Part shown: positions 18,413 through 27,057 of the stretch, piece after piece
How the letters are laid out: every line of letters begins with the position of its first letter
Numbering within the stretch: the stretch's first letter is position 1
DNA from: Gemmatimonadota bacterium
Lineage (GTDB): Bacteria > 4572-55 > J002
Length of the DNA stretch: 52,165 nucleotides
Reading direction: 5' to 3'
Assembly (NCBI GenBank): GCA_003697105.1
Contig: RFFQ01000005.1
Location: 1-52,165, forward strand
Position numbers and translations under genes: made by a program
The notes under the pieces: model-generated
Database searches by the model: none
Told to the model about the DNA's origin: nothing
The model's input: the letters and a program-made list of their open reading frames with translations, nothing else

Positions 18413-19426
18413 ATGATGGCAAAAAGAGGTAAAATTTTTAGCGGTATGCGTCCTACCGGTAAATTACACATTGGGCATTTATTAGGGGCACTGGAAAATT
18501 GGGTTGTGCTTCAAGATGAGTATGATTGTGTGTTCGGAATCGTTGATTGGCATGCCATGACCACCGGCTACACCGATCTATCGGAACTACCCGAAAATGT
18601 GCGAGAGATGGCGATTGATTGGCTGGCGGCAGGAATCGATCCCGAAAAGTCGATTGTCATGCGGCAATCCTTCGTCAAAGAACACGCGGAACTCCATCTG
18701 ATCCTTTCCATGGTGACCCCGACCCCGTGGCTCATCCGCAACCCCACCCTAAAAGAGCAAGCTCGCGATATGGGTCTCATCAAAAGTGAGGACGATACCG
18801 AAATGGCAACCATTGATTATGGCTATCTGGGATATCCGGTCTTGCAATCGGCGGACATTTTACTCTATAAAGCGGATACCGTGCCGGTTGGCGCCGATCA
18901 AGTCCCCCATATCGAAATTAGCCGGGAGATTGCCCGGCGGTTCAATCATATTTTTGGCGCGGTTTTCCCAGAACCCCAAGCCAAACTGACCCAAACACCG
19001 CGCTTAGCCGGCGTTGACGGGCGCAAAATGAGCAAAAGTTTGCAGAACTGCATCTATTTGGATGATGATCTGGATACAATCGTCAGCCAGACCCGTAAAA
19101 TGGTAACCGACCCGCAAAAACTGCGCAAAAATGACCCCGGGCGACCAGAAGTCTGCTCGGTGTTTGAATATCACACCATTTTTAATCCGCATGAGTTACC
19201 CACCATTGAAACGGAGTGTAAAAGTGGGGCATTAGGCTGTGTCGCCTGCAAAAAAAATCTGGCAGAACGGATTGATAGCTACATTGCTCCCTGCCGCGAA
19301 CGCCGGCGCGAATATGCCCAAAACCCGGAAAAAGTGGATCAATTGATTCAGCAAGGCTCCGATACCGCGCGGGAAATTGCCCAAACCACAATGAAGGATG
19401 TCCGTAAAGCGGTACATTTGGTGTAA
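18413..19426 (+). CDS. trpS: Tryptophan--tRNA ligase
   Basis: SGMRPTG, HIGH, YPVLQSADIL, VPVGADQ, KMSKS. Confidence 0.97.
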   Translation: MMAKRGKIFSGMRPTGKLHIGHLLGALENWVVLQDEYDCVFGIVDWHAMTTGYTDLSELPENVREMAIDWLAAGIDPEKSIVMRQSFVKEHAELHLILSMVTPTPWLIRNPTLKEQARDMGLIKSEDDTEMATIDYGYLGYPVLQSADILLYKADTVPVGADQVPHIEISREIARRFNHIFGAVFPEPQAKLTQTPRLAGVDGRKMSKSLQNCIYLDDDLDTIVSQTRKMVTDPQKLRKNDPGRPEVCSVFEYHTIFNPHELPTIETECKSGALGCVACKKNLAERIDSYIAPCRERRREYAQNPEKVDQLIQQGSDTAREIAQTTMKDVRKAVHLV

Positions 19427-19432
19427 TGCCTC

Positions 19433-20122
19433 ATGAACCAGCCCACCGTTTCGTATGCCAATGTCGGCGTAATCCCGTACAAACAGGCGTGGGACTTACA
19501 ACGGCAGTGCCACCAAAAACGATGTCAAAAAGAGCTGGAAGATGTGCTGATCTTATGCCAGCATCCCCATGTGTTCACGGTGGGACGGGTGGGTACGCGC
19601 GAGAATATCCTCATCCCACCAGAACGGCTCAAACAGGAACAGATTCAGGTGTTTGACATTGATCGCGGCGGGGATATTACATACCACGGACCCGGGCAGT
19701 TGGTGGGTTACCCCATTTTGGATTTGCACAATTACTATCTGGATGTGCATCGCTATTTGCGCGATTTGGAAGAGGTGATCATCCGCACATTAGCCGATTA
19801 TCACATCTCCGCCGGACGATCCGAGGGTTTGACCGGAGTTTGGCTGGATGACCGCAAAATCGCCGCAATGGGCATCAAAGTAAGCAAATGGGTAACCATG
19901 CACGGATTCTCGTTTAATATTCAGCCAGATTTGGGATTTTTTGGTAAGATCGTCCCCTGCGGCATTACAGACAAACAGGTGACCTCCCTCGCCCAAGAGT
20001 TAGGACGTGAAATCACAATTGAGGAGGTGCTCCCCCATTGGCTACATCACTTTGCTGAGGTCTTTCAAGTAAGATTAAACCGGATGGATGCCGCCGCCTT
20101 TTACGACTATCTTCGCCCCTAA
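19433..20122 (+). CDS. lipB: Octanoyltransferase LipB
   Basis: HPHVFTVG, DRGGDITYHGPGQ, KIAAMG, HGFSFN, IVPCG. Confidence 0.96.
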   Translation: MNQPTVSYANVGVIPYKQAWDLQRQCHQKRCQKELEDVLILCQHPHVFTVGRVGTRENILIPPERLKQEQIQVFDIDRGGDITYHGPGQLVGYPILDLHNYYLDVHRYLRDLEEVIIRTLADYHISAGRSEGLTGVWLDDRKIAAMGIKVSKWVTMHGFSFNIQPDLGFFGKIVPCGITDKQVTSLAQELGREITIEEVLPHWLHHFAEVFQVRLNRMDAAAFYDYLRP

Positions 20123-20141
20123 ATAAATGGTTTGGAATAGT

Positions 20142-20172
20142 ACCTGCTTCCCACTGGGAGGCAGGTTTTTTT
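20142..20172 (+). terminator. Rho-independent terminator after lipB
   Basis: ACCTGCTTCCC-ACT-GGGAGGCAGGT stem followed by T7. Confidence 0.8.
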
Positions 20173-20185
20173 ATATGAGGGTATC

Positions 20186-22030
20186 ATGCCAGATCACACG
20201 GCTCAACTCCGGGCAACCATTGCCAAAACCCCATTGGAGCACCAAGCTCCCCTCCTTGCCGATCTAGCGATGAAGCTACGATTATCGGATCCCCAGCAGG
20301 CGTTAATCACGGCAAAAAAAGCATTACAGTTAGCCAAGCAACACTGCCAACCCGAAATAATAGCCAAATGTCATAACGTGCTGGGTGCGATCTACCATGC
20401 ATTCGGGCAATACCAAACAGCAACAAGTCATTTTGAACAAACCCTTACATTTTATCGCCACACCTCCGACGATTGGGAAGGCTTAAGTGCGGTACTCAAT
20501 AATTTGGGTGTCACCTGCTACGTGCAAGGGCAATACGATACCGCCTTGAAGTACTATTTAGATTCCCTGAAACTCCGCGAACGTCTCGGAAATAAAGCAC
20601 AAATTGCCGGCTCTTATGGAAATATCGCCGCCGTCTATTTCGATATGGAAAATTACCAAAAAGCGTTGGAATTTTATCTGAAAGAAACGGAGATCAAAGA
20701 AGAAATCGGGGATCAGGAGCATTTAGGCAATGCTTACATCGGGCTAGGAGTGGTGTACGAAGCCTTGCAAGAATACGAAAAATCTCTGGAATATTATCAC
20801 AAAGCGATTCACATTCAGGAACAATTTGAAGACCGCAAAGGGCTTTCCATCAGTTACGGCAATATCGGTTTTGTATATAGCAGCTTGCACCAAGCCGAAC
20901 AGGCACTGAAGTATTATTTCAAGGCACTTGCTATCAAAGAGGACTTAAATGATGCCAGCGGACTCACCAGCGTCTATCTAAATATAGCAGATATGTATCT
21001 CCAACAACATCAGTATGATACCGCCGAAAATTATTTGGAAAAAGCCCTAACTACCGCCCAAAGCACCGGCGCAAAATTACATGAAATGGATTGTTATCAC
21101 ACGTTTTCCGAACTATATGAAGCCAAAGGGAATTACCGGCACGCTTTGCACTATTACAAGCAATATACCGCCGTAAAAGAAGCCCTGTTCAACCGTGAAA
21201 AAGCCCGCCAAATTGCCGAAATTCAAACCCAATACGAAACCGAAAAAAAGGAAAAAGAAGCCGAAATTTATCGTCTGAAAAATGTCGAACTGGTCAAAAT
21301 GGTCGAAAAACTAGAAACTCTTCATCAAGAGAAAAATGAGTTTTTAGGGCTGGTGTCACATGACCTTAAAAACCCATTGACCTACATCCGGGGTACGACG
21401 GATTTGGTCCTTGAATACGGTGCCAAAAACTACAGCAAAACCGAATTGATCGAACTGTTCCCCTCGATCCGAGAAAACTGCGACCGGATGTTAAAAATGA
21501 TAAGAAACTTACTGGATATAAATCGATTGGAATCAAACCACACCCAATTTACATGGATGGCATTCGATCTGAATCATGTAGTGGAACAGGTGGTTGAGCA
21601 ACACCAGCTCCCAGCAACGGAAAAAAATATCTCTATCCATCTGGAAATACCCTCCCAGCCAGCAGAAATATACGCCGATGCGGACGCCGTTAAACAGATT
21701 TTAGAAAATCTGCTCTCCAATGCCCTCAAATATTCTTACCCGCATTCACCGGTGACGGTTCGGGTCATTCCGCAGGAACAGACCGTGCGCGTAGAGGTGC
21801 GCGATCAAGGACAGGGCTTATCCAAAACAGACTTAGCGCAGGTATTCAATAAATTTACCAAGCTCAGTGCCCAACCAACCGCCGGAGAAGAATCAACCGG
21901 TTTAGGATTATCCATTGTGAAAAAATTAACCGAATTGATGCAAGGTGACGTTAAGGTGGAAAGCGCCGGTAAAGGTCACGGTGCGACATTCACCGTGACC
22001 TTCCCCACAGCTCCGAAAAATGCAGATTAA
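20186..22030 (+). CDS. Soluble TPR-repeat sensor histidine kinase
   Basis: Tandem TPRs, EAEIYRLKNVEL linker, H-box SHDLKNPL, NLLSNALKYS, DQGQG, TGLGL. Confidence 0.93.
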   Translation: MPDHTAQLRATIAKTPLEHQAPLLADLAMKLRLSDPQQALITAKKALQLAKQHCQPEIIAKCHNVLGAIYHAFGQYQTATSHFEQTLTFYRHTSDDWEGLSAVLNNLGVTCYVQGQYDTALKYYLDSLKLRERLGNKAQIAGSYGNIAAVYFDMENYQKALEFYLKETEIKEEIGDQEHLGNAYIGLGVVYEALQEYEKSLEYYHKAIHIQEQFEDRKGLSISYGNIGFVYSSLHQAEQALKYYFKALAIKEDLNDASGLTSVYLNIADMYLQQHQYDTAENYLEKALTTAQSTGAKLHEMDCYHTFSELYEAKGNYRHALHYYKQYTAVKEALFNREKARQIAEIQTQYETEKKEKEAEIYRLKNVELVKMVEKLETLHQEKNEFLGLVSHDLKNPLTYIRGTTDLVLEYGAKNYSKTELIELFPSIRENCDRMLKMIRNLLDINRLESNHTQFTWMAFDLNHVVEQVVEQHQLPATEKNISIHLEIPSQPAEIYADADAVKQILENLLSNALKYSYPHSPVTVRVIPQEQTVRVEVRDQGQGLSKTDLAQVFNKFTKLSAQPTAGEESTGLGLSIVKKLTELMQGDVKVESAGKGHGATFTVTFPTAPKNAD

Positions 22031-22099
22031 CATCAGCCGTAAACCGGTGTTATCATTGGGATGGATGAAATGGTAAGCCTTTTGAAGGGCGGCGAGGTG

Positions 22100-23896
22100 T
22101 TATTTCACGTCCCCGCCGGCAGGTAATTCCACCGAGAAGATACTACCGTGCCCGGCTCCCGGACTTTCGGCATCCACATTGCCGTGCATCGCTTCCACCA
22201 GCTTTTTGACGATGGAAAGTCCTAAACCAGTGGAATGTTCCCCACCGGTAGGCATCACTTTCAGGCGGGAAAAGCGTTTAAACAATTTATTCCGGTCTTC
22301 AGGGGAAAAGCCGGGACCCTCATCTTGTACTTCCAACCGTATCCGGTTGTTTACCCGCTTCAACCGGACGCGCACCGTCGTTTCTGGGGGTGAATACTTG
22401 ATGGCATTGGAAATCAAATTATCAACCACTTGGACAATGGCGTCCTCATCTGCGATCACCCAACAGGCGGTATCGGGCACATCCAATTCAAGGGCAATCT
22501 GTTTGGCGGCAGCCGCCGGCAGATATTCCTCGACATGTTTCACCGTCACGGGCAGCCAATCGACTAAGTTTAAGGAAAGATTGAGCTTACCGGATTCTAG
22601 GGCGTTCAAATCCAGTAAATTGCGGATGAGAGTGAACATGCGTGCCGCACCGTTTTCAATATAGCCCATAAATTCGATCAATTCCTCGCGGGAAAGACGG
22701 TCGTATTGCAAGCGGATAAAATGGGCAGTACTGCTGATAGAGGACAACGGATTTTTGAGGTCGTGCGCGGCGATGCCCAAAAATTCATCTTTTTCTTGTA
22801 ATAACGCAGCCAATTCGATGTTTTTCAGGCGATAAATTTCGGCTTCTTTGCGGGCAGTTTCTACTTGATGCAATAACTGCAAATTTTTCAACTGGTTATC
22901 CGTTTCTTCTCGATGTAGCAGTTGTTCCAAGTGCCGGCATTGTTTCAGGTGAGTTAAGGCATTTTGATAATCACCGGTCGCCTCATAAATTTGGGCAAAT
23001 AGATGATGGATACGGTGTTGTTGGGATTTTGCGCCGATTTCCACCGCTATATCGGATGCTTCCTGCAGAGAAGCCATCGCGGAGGCCATCTCTCCCTGTT
23101 CAAAATAGAAATCTGCCAACGAAATCAAAGTTTGGGTGATACCCAGCCGGTCATGGCGGGGGCGTCGTAAAGCTAAACTCTGCTGGAAATATGCCAGCGC
23201 TTGCGCGGATTGCCCCTGCACCGCCAGCGCAATTGCCAGATTGGTCATTGAATTCGCCTCACCCAACGGATTCCCCAGTTGCCGGTGCAACTCAAGACTT
23301 TCGTGGTGATACCGCAATGCGGTTTCCGGCTGACCGAGTTCATCATAAGCATTGGCGAGATTGCTGAGAGTGATCGCGATTTCCATAGGCGCATCCAATT
23401 GGCGGAATAAGGCTAAACTTTGCTCCAGATACGCCACTGCCCGATCATATTGCATCATATCATGGTGCAAAATACCCAGATGATTGAGTGCCGCCGCCGT
23501 TCCTTTTTCATCACCACATTGGCGTGATAATGCCAACGCCTGTTGGAACAGATCAAACACCGGTGCATAATCCCCCAAATGGTGATAAATCACCCCGATA
23601 ACATTATAAATTTTGGCTTGTTGTGCCGTCTCGTCATGCTGTTTGGCAAGGTCAAGTGCCTGTTCTAGAGTTTTCAGCGCTTCGGGATACGAGCCAGACT
23701 GGAGCAATGCGACGCCGGCGTGATGCAGGCTTTCTGCATGGCGAAATGAATCACCGTGAGATTCGGCTAATGCGGCGGCTTGGCGGGCATAATCAAGAGC
23801 TTTCAGAGGGTCCGATTGGCGAAGGTCCCAAGCGCGTGCATTAAGATGATCAATTTGATCGGGAATCGGAAAAGGAGAATTTGAATGCGAGGTCAT
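22100..23896 (-). CDS. Soluble TPR-repeat sensor histidine kinase
   Basis: TPRs, EAEIYRLKNIEL, AHDLKNPL, NLISNAIKYS, DEGPG, TGLGL. Confidence 0.93.
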   Translation of the reverse strand: MTSHSNSPFPIPDQIDHLNARAWDLRQSDPLKALDYARQAAALAESHGDSFRHAESLHHAGVALLQSGSYPEALKTLEQALDLAKQHDETAQQAKIYNVIGVIYHHLGDYAPVFDLFQQALALSRQCGDEKGTAAALNHLGILHHDMMQYDRAVAYLEQSLALFRQLDAPMEIAITLSNLANAYDELGQPETALRYHHESLELHRQLGNPLGEANSMTNLAIALAVQGQSAQALAYFQQSLALRRPRHDRLGITQTLISLADFYFEQGEMASAMASLQEASDIAVEIGAKSQQHRIHHLFAQIYEATGDYQNALTHLKQCRHLEQLLHREETDNQLKNLQLLHQVETARKEAEIYRLKNIELAALLQEKDEFLGIAAHDLKNPLSSISSTAHFIRLQYDRLSREELIEFMGYIENGAARMFTLIRNLLDLNALESGKLNLSLNLVDWLPVTVKHVEEYLPAAAAKQIALELDVPDTACWVIADEDAIVQVVDNLISNAIKYSPPETTVRVRLKRVNNRIRLEVQDEGPGFSPEDRNKLFKRFSRLKVMPTGGEHSTGLGLSIVKKLVEAMHGNVDAESPGAGHGSIFSVELPAGGDVK

Positions 23897-23900
23897 TGAT

Positions 23901-24401
23901 CTAAGCGGGGGCGTTCAATTCACGTTCTAATAGGTTGATCACACTCTTAAATTTTAACTCATTTTCCGGTTTCAGGGGAAGCAACAACCGGTGCGCCTCT
24001 AAAATGCGTTGGGCGCGAGTGCGCGGGTCTTCATCATCCGTCCATTTGGCGGCTTGAAATTCATCAAACTGTTGGGGAAATTCCTGTACTAATACAAAAA
24101 GCTTGTCCACACCGAGATTTTCTAAGGTAAAATTGACATCCTGATGGGTGGAAAAGATAATCGAGGGTTCCAGATTGTTTTTTCGTGACCAAACCCCAAT
24201 CTTGACCAACAAACCCAGATTCGTACTATCAATGTAGATCGTTTCCGTCAGATCGATTACAAATTGATGTACATCTGGATTTTCCAATGCCAGATTGATA
24301 ACAAATTCCAAGTCACGGCTAATAGTGTACTTAATCTCCCCCCGTAATTTGATGATACATTGTGAATTTTGAAACGCATATAAAATATGATCGTCCGGCA
24401 T
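23901..24401 (-). CDS. STAS-domain anti-sigma factor antagonist
   Basis: IDLTETIYIDSTNLGLL (phosphorylatable Ser motif) and C-terminal ILEAHRLL extension. Confidence 0.88.
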   Translation of the reverse strand: MPDDHILYAFQNSQCIIKLRGEIKYTISRDLEFVINLALENPDVHQFVIDLTETIYIDSTNLGLLVKIGVWSRKNNLEPSIIFSTHQDVNFTLENLGVDKLFVLVQEFPQQFDEFQAAKWTDDEDPRTRAQRILEAHRLLLPLKPENELKFKSVINLLERELNAPA

Positions 24402-24431
24402 AACACCATCCTTTAGTGAATAGGTAAATAT

Positions 24432-26153
24432 CTATGATGAAACAGCTTTGGGTAAGTCAAAACCGAAGGTCGCCCCTTTCTCGGGTCCCTCGGATTCCAC
24501 CCAGACCGTACCGTTCATTTCATCCACGAGACGTTTGACGATAGAAAGTCCTAGCCCGGAGGAATGCTCTCCGTCGGTGGGTTGGGCACTCAACCGGGTA
24601 TATTTGGTAAAGACCTGCTGAAGATCGGCTTCCGAAAGTCCTTGCCCTTGATCCCGAACGGTACACCGAATATAGTCATCGCGGTCAAGGAGTTCAATAC
24701 AAACTCTTGTACCCCCGTACGAATATTTTATCGCGTTGGAAATCAAATTATCCAGCACTTGGTCTACCGCACTTTTATCGGCATAAGCATAGAGGGTGTG
24801 CACTGGAGATTCAAATTCCAGCATAATTTTCTTGCTATCCGCCGCCGCATTATAGTTTGAGAGCACTTCTAATACCACCAGTTGCATATTTACCGGCTCC
24901 AACGTAAACTGGACATCACCGTTTTCCAATCGATTGACATCCAGCAGGTTGGTCACCAAGTTTAACATGCGGTTGGCGGTGCGGCGGATTCGCGGAAAAT
25001 AAGCAAGCAGGTCTTCTTTGCTAAATGTATTTACGCTATAACTGGTCACTAAATCTGAGATGCCAATCAAATAACTGAGGGGATTTTTAAGATCATGGGA
25101 GACAATCTCTAAAAAATCGTTTTTTTCTGCATTCAACCGGCGAAGGCGCTCCAACGCAGAAGCAAGCTCAACATTTTTCAGGCGATAAATCTCCGCTTCT
25201 CGCTCCCGTTTTTCGGTCTTATACTGGAGTTCAATGCTAGTGATATGGCGGTTTTTTTCCAGATTAAATAACTCTTGTTCCAATGCCAACAGATGTTTGT
25301 GGTACTCCAACGCTTCTCGATAATTTTCGAGGGTCTCTTGCAACAAAAATAAGTTGTTATAGGCGATCCGTTCCCAATTTTTGGCGCCGGTTTTTTTGGC
25401 AAGGTCTAATCCCCAGTGTAGGTATTCCAACGCCTGTTCAAATTTACCCTGTATCCGGCAACCCGAACCGAGATTGATATAGCACATGGCAATACCCTGC
25501 TGGTTACCCTGCTGTTGCCAAATTTCCAATGCTTTTAACTGGTAATCTAGCCCGACATCATAATCTCCCTTCAGCGCATATAAGGCCCCAATGTTATTGA
25601 ACAGGGTTGCTAATGACTCCGCCGAATCCAGATGTTCCTGCAGGTTTAATTCTTTTTGGAAGTACTCCAGAGCCCGGTCATAATCCCCTAAACTTTGGTA
25701 CGTCACCCCTAGATTGCGATAAATGTGGGGTAAAAGGCGAGGGTCGTCCAACTTCATCTGTATTTGAAGTGCTTTTTCTAAAAATTCTAATGAGGTATGG
25801 TAATCTTGTTGCATTTGATACGCTTTACCTAGATTCACATACGCGGAAACCATTCCTTGAAGGTTGTTATGTTTCTCATCTAGGCTGAGCGACTTCAAGA
25901 AGAATTCAATCGCCCGGTCATTGGCAAATTGACCGGCGTAGCCAATCCCGATCAAACGTAATGCCATGGCTTCTGGGATCACCAACTGGAGGTTCTGCGC
26001 TAATGTTAGGGCTTCCAAGCCGATTTTCAGTGCTCGCTCCGGTTGGGTTGGGTACACCAGTTGGCCAAGTTCGAGCAGTAGATTTAGTCTCTCTTCCCCC
26101 TCAGCATGTGGCAGCACTTCTTCCAACTGATGAATTTTCGATGAGAGGTTCAT
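24432..26153 (-). CDS. Soluble TPR-repeat sensor histidine kinase
   Basis: TPRs, EAEIYRLKNVEL, SHDLKNPL, NLISNAIKYS, DQGQG, SGLGL. Confidence 0.93.
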   Translation of the reverse strand: MNLSSKIHQLEEVLPHAEGEERLNLLLELGQLVYPTQPERALKIGLEALTLAQNLQLVIPEAMALRLIGIGYAGQFANDRAIEFFLKSLSLDEKHNNLQGMVSAYVNLGKAYQMQQDYHTSLEFLEKALQIQMKLDDPRLLPHIYRNLGVTYQSLGDYDRALEYFQKELNLQEHLDSAESLATLFNNIGALYALKGDYDVGLDYQLKALEIWQQQGNQQGIAMCYINLGSGCRIQGKFEQALEYLHWGLDLAKKTGAKNWERIAYNNLFLLQETLENYREALEYHKHLLALEQELFNLEKNRHITSIELQYKTEKREREAEIYRLKNVELASALERLRRLNAEKNDFLEIVSHDLKNPLSYLIGISDLVTSYSVNTFSKEDLLAYFPRIRRTANRMLNLVTNLLDVNRLENGDVQFTLEPVNMQLVVLEVLSNYNAAADSKKIMLEFESPVHTLYAYADKSAVDQVLDNLISNAIKYSYGGTRVCIELLDRDDYIRCTVRDQGQGLSEADLQQVFTKYTRLSAQPTDGEHSSGLGLSIVKRLVDEMNGTVWVESEGPEKGATFGFDLPKAVSS

Positions 26154-26328
26154 GAGTACCTCATGTGGAGTGATAGGGATAACGATGGATTGGATGATAA
26201 AAGGGGTAGGAATTCCCCAACAGGTGTGGATGATATGCCCTTATTTCCCTCGTGGATATAGAATTTAGATGCCCCCGGCAGGGCATACAAAACTAACATA
26301 AGCGAGTTTGATGCCGAGTTTTGCCGGC

Positions 26329-27057
26329 TTAGTTCCGATCTTGAGCGGCACCAGTCATGGGTACGAACCGAACCGGCAGGACACTCCGCTGTGTGATACC
26401 CCGCTGGGTACGCTCAATCAAAATCAGCTCTTGTTGATCCTCACCTACCGGAATGATCATCCGCCCATCCATTGCGAGCTGGTCAACCAAGGGTTGGGGG
26501 ATATGCCCTGGCGCCGCCGTGACAATAATCGCATCAAAAGGGGCATGTTCGGGCCACCCTTGATACCCATCCCCGATTTTGCAATGAATATCGGTGTAAT
26601 GCATATCGCGTAAGCGTTGAATGGTACGCTCTGCCAACGGTTCAACAATCTCAATGGTATAGACAGAATCCACGATCTCTGCCAACACTGCCGCTTGATA
26701 ACCGGAGCCGGTGCCGATTTCCAGTACCTTCTCGATACCAACCAGATGCAAGGCTTCAGTCATATATGCCACAATATAAGGCTGGGAGATGGTCTGATTC
26801 CAACCAATCGGCAAAGGATAGTCTCCATACGCTCGGGCACGATGTTCTGGGGGCACAAACAGATGGCGGGGTACGGTACGCATCGCGCTCAAAACAAGGG
26901 TATCCGTGATGCCACGCGCCTGAATCTGTTCGCGCACCATATTTTCACGTTGTTTGGCATAATATTCTTCCATATTGTCCTCGTTTGCCCTCACACACGC
27001 GACCATGAGAGCGGAAGAGAGTAAAATGATCATACATCCGGTAATGATGGTTTTCAT
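26329..27057 (-). CDS. pcm: Protein-L-isoaspartate O-methyltransferase with N-terminal signal/lipoprotein-like peptide
   Basis: QTISQPY, VLEIGTGSGYQAA, GDGYQGW, APFDAIIVTAA, VRFVPM; ATG 27057 coupled (TAATG) to the lptD stop. Confidence 0.93.
   Translation of the reverse strand: MKTIITGCMIILLSSALMVACVRANEDNMEEYYAKQRENMVREQIQARGITDTLVLSAMRTVPRHLFVPPEHRARAYGDYPLPIGWNQTISQPYIVAYMTEALHLVGIEKVLEIGTGSGYQAAVLAEIVDSVYTIEIVEPLAERTIQRLRDMHYTDIHCKIGDGYQGWPEHAPFDAIIVTAAPGHIPQPLVDQLAMDGRMIIPVGEDQQELILIERTQRGITQRSVLPVRFVPMTGAAQDRN

Noticed and set aside
26160-26290. Short minus-strand ORF upstream of a TPR kinase as a signalling peptide
   Set aside because: No RBS, no signal-peptide character; indistinguishable from a chance ORF.
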